Positions 33,193-36,060 of a stretch of DNA of 36,060 nucleotides are shown here, piece after piece. The notes under the pieces are model-generated. The model was given only the letters and a program-made list of their open reading frames with translations. It did no database searches and was not told the DNA's origin. The translations under genes and the position numbers were made by a program. Location: positions 1 through 36,060 of the IMG/VR virus record IMGVR_UViG_3300037424_001422. One strand, given 5' to 3'. Origin of the DNA: a virus. Taxonomy: Duplodnaviria; Caudoviricetes. How positions within the stretch are numbered: the first letter of the stretch is position 1; each line of letters opens with the position of its first letter.

Positions 33193-34248
33193 ATGTCAGT
33201 ACATCAAACAACAGACGGCAGATGGTTTGTCCGGTACCCGAAAGGCAAAATAACCGAGGCGCCGGACAGGACCAGGGAGTATTTTGGTCGAGGCCCCGAG
33301 GCTGAAGTAAAAGCCAGGGAGCGAAACCACGAACTGGGCCTTGGAAAACAAGCACTGGATACATCCCCTCTCTTTATAGACCTGGTCAAAGCATACATGG
33401 CAGCAAAGGGGCCGGTAATGGCTACGGCAAGCAAAATTGCGCTTTCGACCAAGATGGAAAATATTGTGCTTCCAAAGCTTGGTCACATGCGGGCCGCGCA
33501 GATCACTCCGGCGATCCTCGACCGATACACCGCATCGAGGCTAAAAAAAGTAAAACGCACAACTGTGCACAGAGACCTGTCCGACATCCGGGCAATCCTG
33601 CGCTGGTCAGCCAAACGAAGGTATATTGCTGCTAATCCGATGGAGGGCTTTGAATTCCCCAACCGTGACGATGCTGTCATAACCCCACCAACGGTAATTG
33701 AGGTACAGGCCATTCTTAAGGCAGCTGCACCCCACCTGTACCGGGCAGTTATCTTGTCATACTATACAGGATTACGACCAGGTGAAGTGGAGCTGCTCCG
33801 TCTTACATGGGAGCAGATAGATCTTACCAACGGCAGCATCGTTATTTTTTCGGCCGACAAGGGTGGCCTTAAGAAAAGAGTAGTGCCGATCCAGGATGAA
33901 TCACTTTTAAGACTGCTGGGGAAATGGCTGAAGGATGATAAACTGGAGGGGAAAAAGAACAGTGACCCGGTTGTGACATACAGAAAGTTGCCGGTGCAGT
34001 CGCTAAAATCAGCATGGAAAGCTGCAAAGCGGCGGGCAAAAATAACACGCAGGATTCGAATGTATGACCTACGACATTCGTTTGCTTCAAAATTGCTTGA
34101 CAACGGTGCAGATTTGAAACACGTTAGCATTTTATTAGGGCATCGATCAGTACAACAAACGGTCGATACCTATCAACACTTTTCGCAAAAATTAAGCGAA
34201 GAGGCAGTTGGAAAGCTCCCCTCTATTTTTGAGGAAGATGACATCTAA
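33193..34248 (+). CDS. int: Tyrosine recombinase / phage integrase
   Basis: TGLRPGE, YDLRHSFAS, LLGHRS and TYQH catalytic motifs; adjacent to the tRNA. Confidence 0.96.
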   Translation: MSVHQTTDGRWFVRYPKGKITEAPDRTREYFGRGPEAEVKARERNHELGLGKQALDTSPLFIDLVKAYMAAKGPVMATASKIALSTKMENIVLPKLGHMRAAQITPAILDRYTASRLKKVKRTTVHRDLSDIRAILRWSAKRRYIAANPMEGFEFPNRDDAVITPPTVIEVQAILKAAAPHLYRAVILSYYTGLRPGEVELLRLTWEQIDLTNGSIVIFSADKGGLKKRVVPIQDESLLRLLGKWLKDDKLEGKKNSDPVVTYRKLPVQSLKSAWKAAKRRAKITRRIRMYDLRHSFASKLLDNGADLKHVSILLGHRSVQQTVDTYQHFSQKLSEEAVGKLPSIFEEDDI

Positions 34249-34254
34249 CAACCC

Positions 34255-34284
34255 CTGGTAACATCTGGTAACACTTGGTAACAC
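34255..34284 (+). repeat. Three tandem 10-bp repeats (YTGGTAACAY), likely integrase arm-type sites
   Basis: CTGGTAACAT CTGGTAACAC TTGGTAACAC between the int stop and the tRNA 3' end. Confidence 0.75.
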
Positions 34285-34310
34285 ATCTGCAAAATCAAAA
34301 ACGTTGTAAA

Positions 34311-34387
34311 TGGTCGGGAAGAGAGGATTTGAACCTCCGACCCCAGCGTCCCGAACGCTGTGCTCTACCAGACTGAGCCACTCCCCG
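34311..34387 (-). tRNA. tRNA-Pro (anticodon CGG), encoded CCA; prophage attachment site
   Basis: CGGGGAGTGGCTCAGTCTGGTAGAGCACAGCGTTCGGGACGCTGGGGTCGGAGGTTCAAATCCTCTCTTCCCGACCA folds as a cloverleaf. Confidence 0.97.
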
Positions 34388-34517
34388 ACTTATTCGATTT
34401 TTTGTCAGAAACTTTCTTTCTGAATATGTTTTGTCAATTATCACAGTCGACACGACATGTCCAGCCATTTTTTGGGCGAACACACGTTTCACACCCTACC
34501 TTGCTTAAAGATCCCGC

Positions 34518-35498
34518 TCACAAGGCTTCGATATCCACCCATTGACCGCTGGCAACAGATTCCCGGCAGGCGTGACAAATCTTGACTGCGGCAAGTCCTT
34601 CCGTTCCGGAAATAGGATTTTTACCATTTCCCTGAAGAAATGCATACCAATCGACAAGAAGTGGCAGGAGAGCTGGCCCCGGAGTTTTGACAGGCAGATT
34701 GTTGATCGACATTCCTTCAATTTTTTGCAGGATGCCGTGCACCTGGTCTCCATGCAATTGTCCTTTTTCACAGACAAATTCATATCTGCATGCCCGCGCC
34801 GGACTGATTTTACTGGTATCTACAATAGCTAAGGCGCCGTTTGACAGCACTGCCTCGGCAATGAGAAGATCTTCCAGTTGAGGATTATAGATATTGCGGG
34901 AGACTGCTCGAATTTTTACGACCTCTTGCCCGGTAATAAACCGGAGGGCATCAAAAAGATGCACTGCCGTATGAAAAATTACGCCGCCACCCGCAATCTC
35001 CGGCTGTTCAAGCCAGGACATCGTAGAAGGTTCGAGTCTATGGGTGGCGCAGAGTGAAAACAACCGGCCCATCGACAATAAATTATCCCGCAGGGCGAGG
35101 ATGACATTGTTGTACCTCAGCGTTTGGGCGACAGTGAGTGGCAGGGACATTTTCTCAAACCGATCAACGAATTCCTGTGCTGCATAATAATCGGTGGTGA
35201 GGGGTTTTTCGATCAGAAGCGGCTTTTTTTGTTCAGCACAAAATCGCCCGATTTCCGGATTGAGATTGGGAGTGGCAACGCAGATAACCGCATCCACCAG
35301 CTTTGAGCCGACCAGCTCCCGCCAGTCTTGATACAGAGTTGTATTCCAGGTTGCAGCCTGTTGCTCCGCTTCGGCTGATCGTCTGCTGATAGCAGCAAGT
35401 TGAAAGCAATGGCCGAGATCATTGACGATATGGTTGGCATAACGGCTGCCATGCTTTCCTGTGCCTATGATGCCGACTTGAATTTTATCGTTTATCAT
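34518..35498 (-). CDS. Gfo/Idh/MocA family oxidoreductase (host)
   Basis: GIIGTGKHG Rossmann motif, EKPL, GGGVIFHTAVHLFD. Confidence 0.93.
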   Translation of the reverse strand: MINDKIQVGIIGTGKHGSRYANHIVNDLGHCFQLAAISRRSAEAEQQAATWNTTLYQDWRELVGSKLVDAVICVATPNLNPEIGRFCAEQKKPLLIEKPLTTDYYAAQEFVDRFEKMSLPLTVAQTLRYNNVILALRDNLLSMGRLFSLCATHRLEPSTMSWLEQPEIAGGGVIFHTAVHLFDALRFITGQEVVKIRAVSRNIYNPQLEDLLIAEAVLSNGALAIVDTSKISPARACRYEFVCEKGQLHGDQVHGILQKIEGMSINNLPVKTPGPALLPLLVDWYAFLQGNGKNPISGTEGLAAVKICHACRESVASGQWVDIEAL

Positions 35499-35518
35499 TT
35501 GAATTCCGGCTGTTCAAA

Positions 35519-35640
35519 TCATTCCGGGCTTGAGCCGGAATGACAACGAGACTTCTGCGGGCGGGCACAGGGACCCGCCCCTTATAGTATAATTCCACCA
35601 TCATCGATTCACCGTAGGGGAGCCTCCCCGTGGGCTCCCG
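35519..35640. repeat. Cluster of REP-like palindromes (host)
   Basis: TCATTCCGG-GCTTGAG-CCGGAATGA at 35519-35543; a degenerate GTAG-type REP on minus at about 35559-35584; GTAGGGGAGCC...GGCTCCC on plus at 35614-35640. Confidence 0.65.
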
Positions 35641-35697
35641 TTAATACTGAACGTACGCTTAATTCGGATGATCCAATGTTCGTTTATTGTAAATGAT

Positions 35698-35741
35698 GAA
35701 GAGTCCACCGGTCAACCATATCCGGGAGGACTCTTCTTTTT
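35698..35741 (+). terminator. Hairpin with T tract
   Basis: GAAGAGTCC...GGACTCTTC followed by a T run. Confidence 0.45.
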
Positions 35742-35933
35742 ATCGTCAGGCTTTTTTCACCCCGACGATGCATACCGCAGTAGTTGAAGGTTTAATCATT
35801 CTTGACCAAAACCTGAGAACGTTCTGAAAAGCATCCCAGTCTTTTACTGCAAAAATTGTCTGTTTCACATACGCCAGTTCTCTTTTGTCCATGTACATTT
35901 CCTCCATGTTAAAGAACAGATTCGATCCGGCGA

Positions 35934-35976
35934 CAAAAAAAAGCCCCCGGACCAAATTCTATTTGGTCCGGGGGCC
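35934..35976 (-). terminator. Rho-independent terminator for an upstream host gene
   Basis: GCCCCCGGACCAAAT/ATTTGGTCCGGGGGC stem followed by T8 on the minus strand. Confidence 0.85.
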
Positions 35977-36011
35977 CTGATTTCACCACAGACATAAATG
36001 CTATATAGCGC

Positions 36012-36060
36012 TTAGAGCGCTTTTGCTCCCTGATCCGCGGGGAGAATAGCTTCATTGTCA
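36012..36060 (-). CDS. 3' end of an unidentified host gene (...DNEAILPADQGAKAL*)
   Basis: Open frame ending in TAA just upstream of the strong terminator. Confidence 0.4.
   Translation of the reverse strand, partial: DNEAILPADQGAKAL

Larger units (their letters stand above)
1..34310. mobile_element. Temperate siphovirus-like prophage, left end outside the window
   Basis: Integration, immunity, replication, packaging, head and tail modules abut the tRNA 3' end. Confidence 0.95.

Noticed and set aside
1-34310. Endolysin or spanin genes
   Set aside because: None recognised; they probably lie beyond the left edge, so absence cannot be claimed.
34295-34545. ORFs 34295..34492 and 34360..34545
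   Set aside because: They overlap the tRNA gene and its promoter region.

Overview
About 34.3 kb of this window (1-34310) is the bulk of a temperate, non-contractile-tailed prophage integrated at the 3' end of a tRNA-Pro(CGG) gene (34311-34387, minus strand). About 1.7 kb of host DNA follows: a Gfo/Idh/MocA oxidoreductase, REP-like palindromes and terminators. Read right to left, the prophage has a tyrosine integrase and a plus-strand lysogeny operon (double-HTH repressor without a peptidase domain, BRCT protein, two membrane proteins). A long minus-strand lytic arm follows: Cro/Ner-like gene, two CII/CP76-like genes, displaced gpZ-like gene, candidate cos site, D5/SF3 helicase, nested inverted-repeat origin candidate, primase, TerS, TerL, 11 accessory genes, gpW, lambda-type portal, ClpP-scaffold, P22-coat-like capsid, tail tube, TAC with -1 frameshift, tape measure, Cys-rich tail-tip genes and a holin-like gene that appears cut off near position 121. 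The most unusual points are a shuffled packaging module (replication genes between candidate cos and TerS, accessory genes between TerL and portal), a possible UGA-recoded (selenocysteine) Zn-ribbon microprotein with a SECIS-like hairpin, a lectin-repeat-hub tail protein, the tandem-HTH/poly-Asp repressor with its BRCT neighbour, and a moron flanked by an 8-bp duplication. All family assignments come from motif recognition and synteny only. No searches were run.
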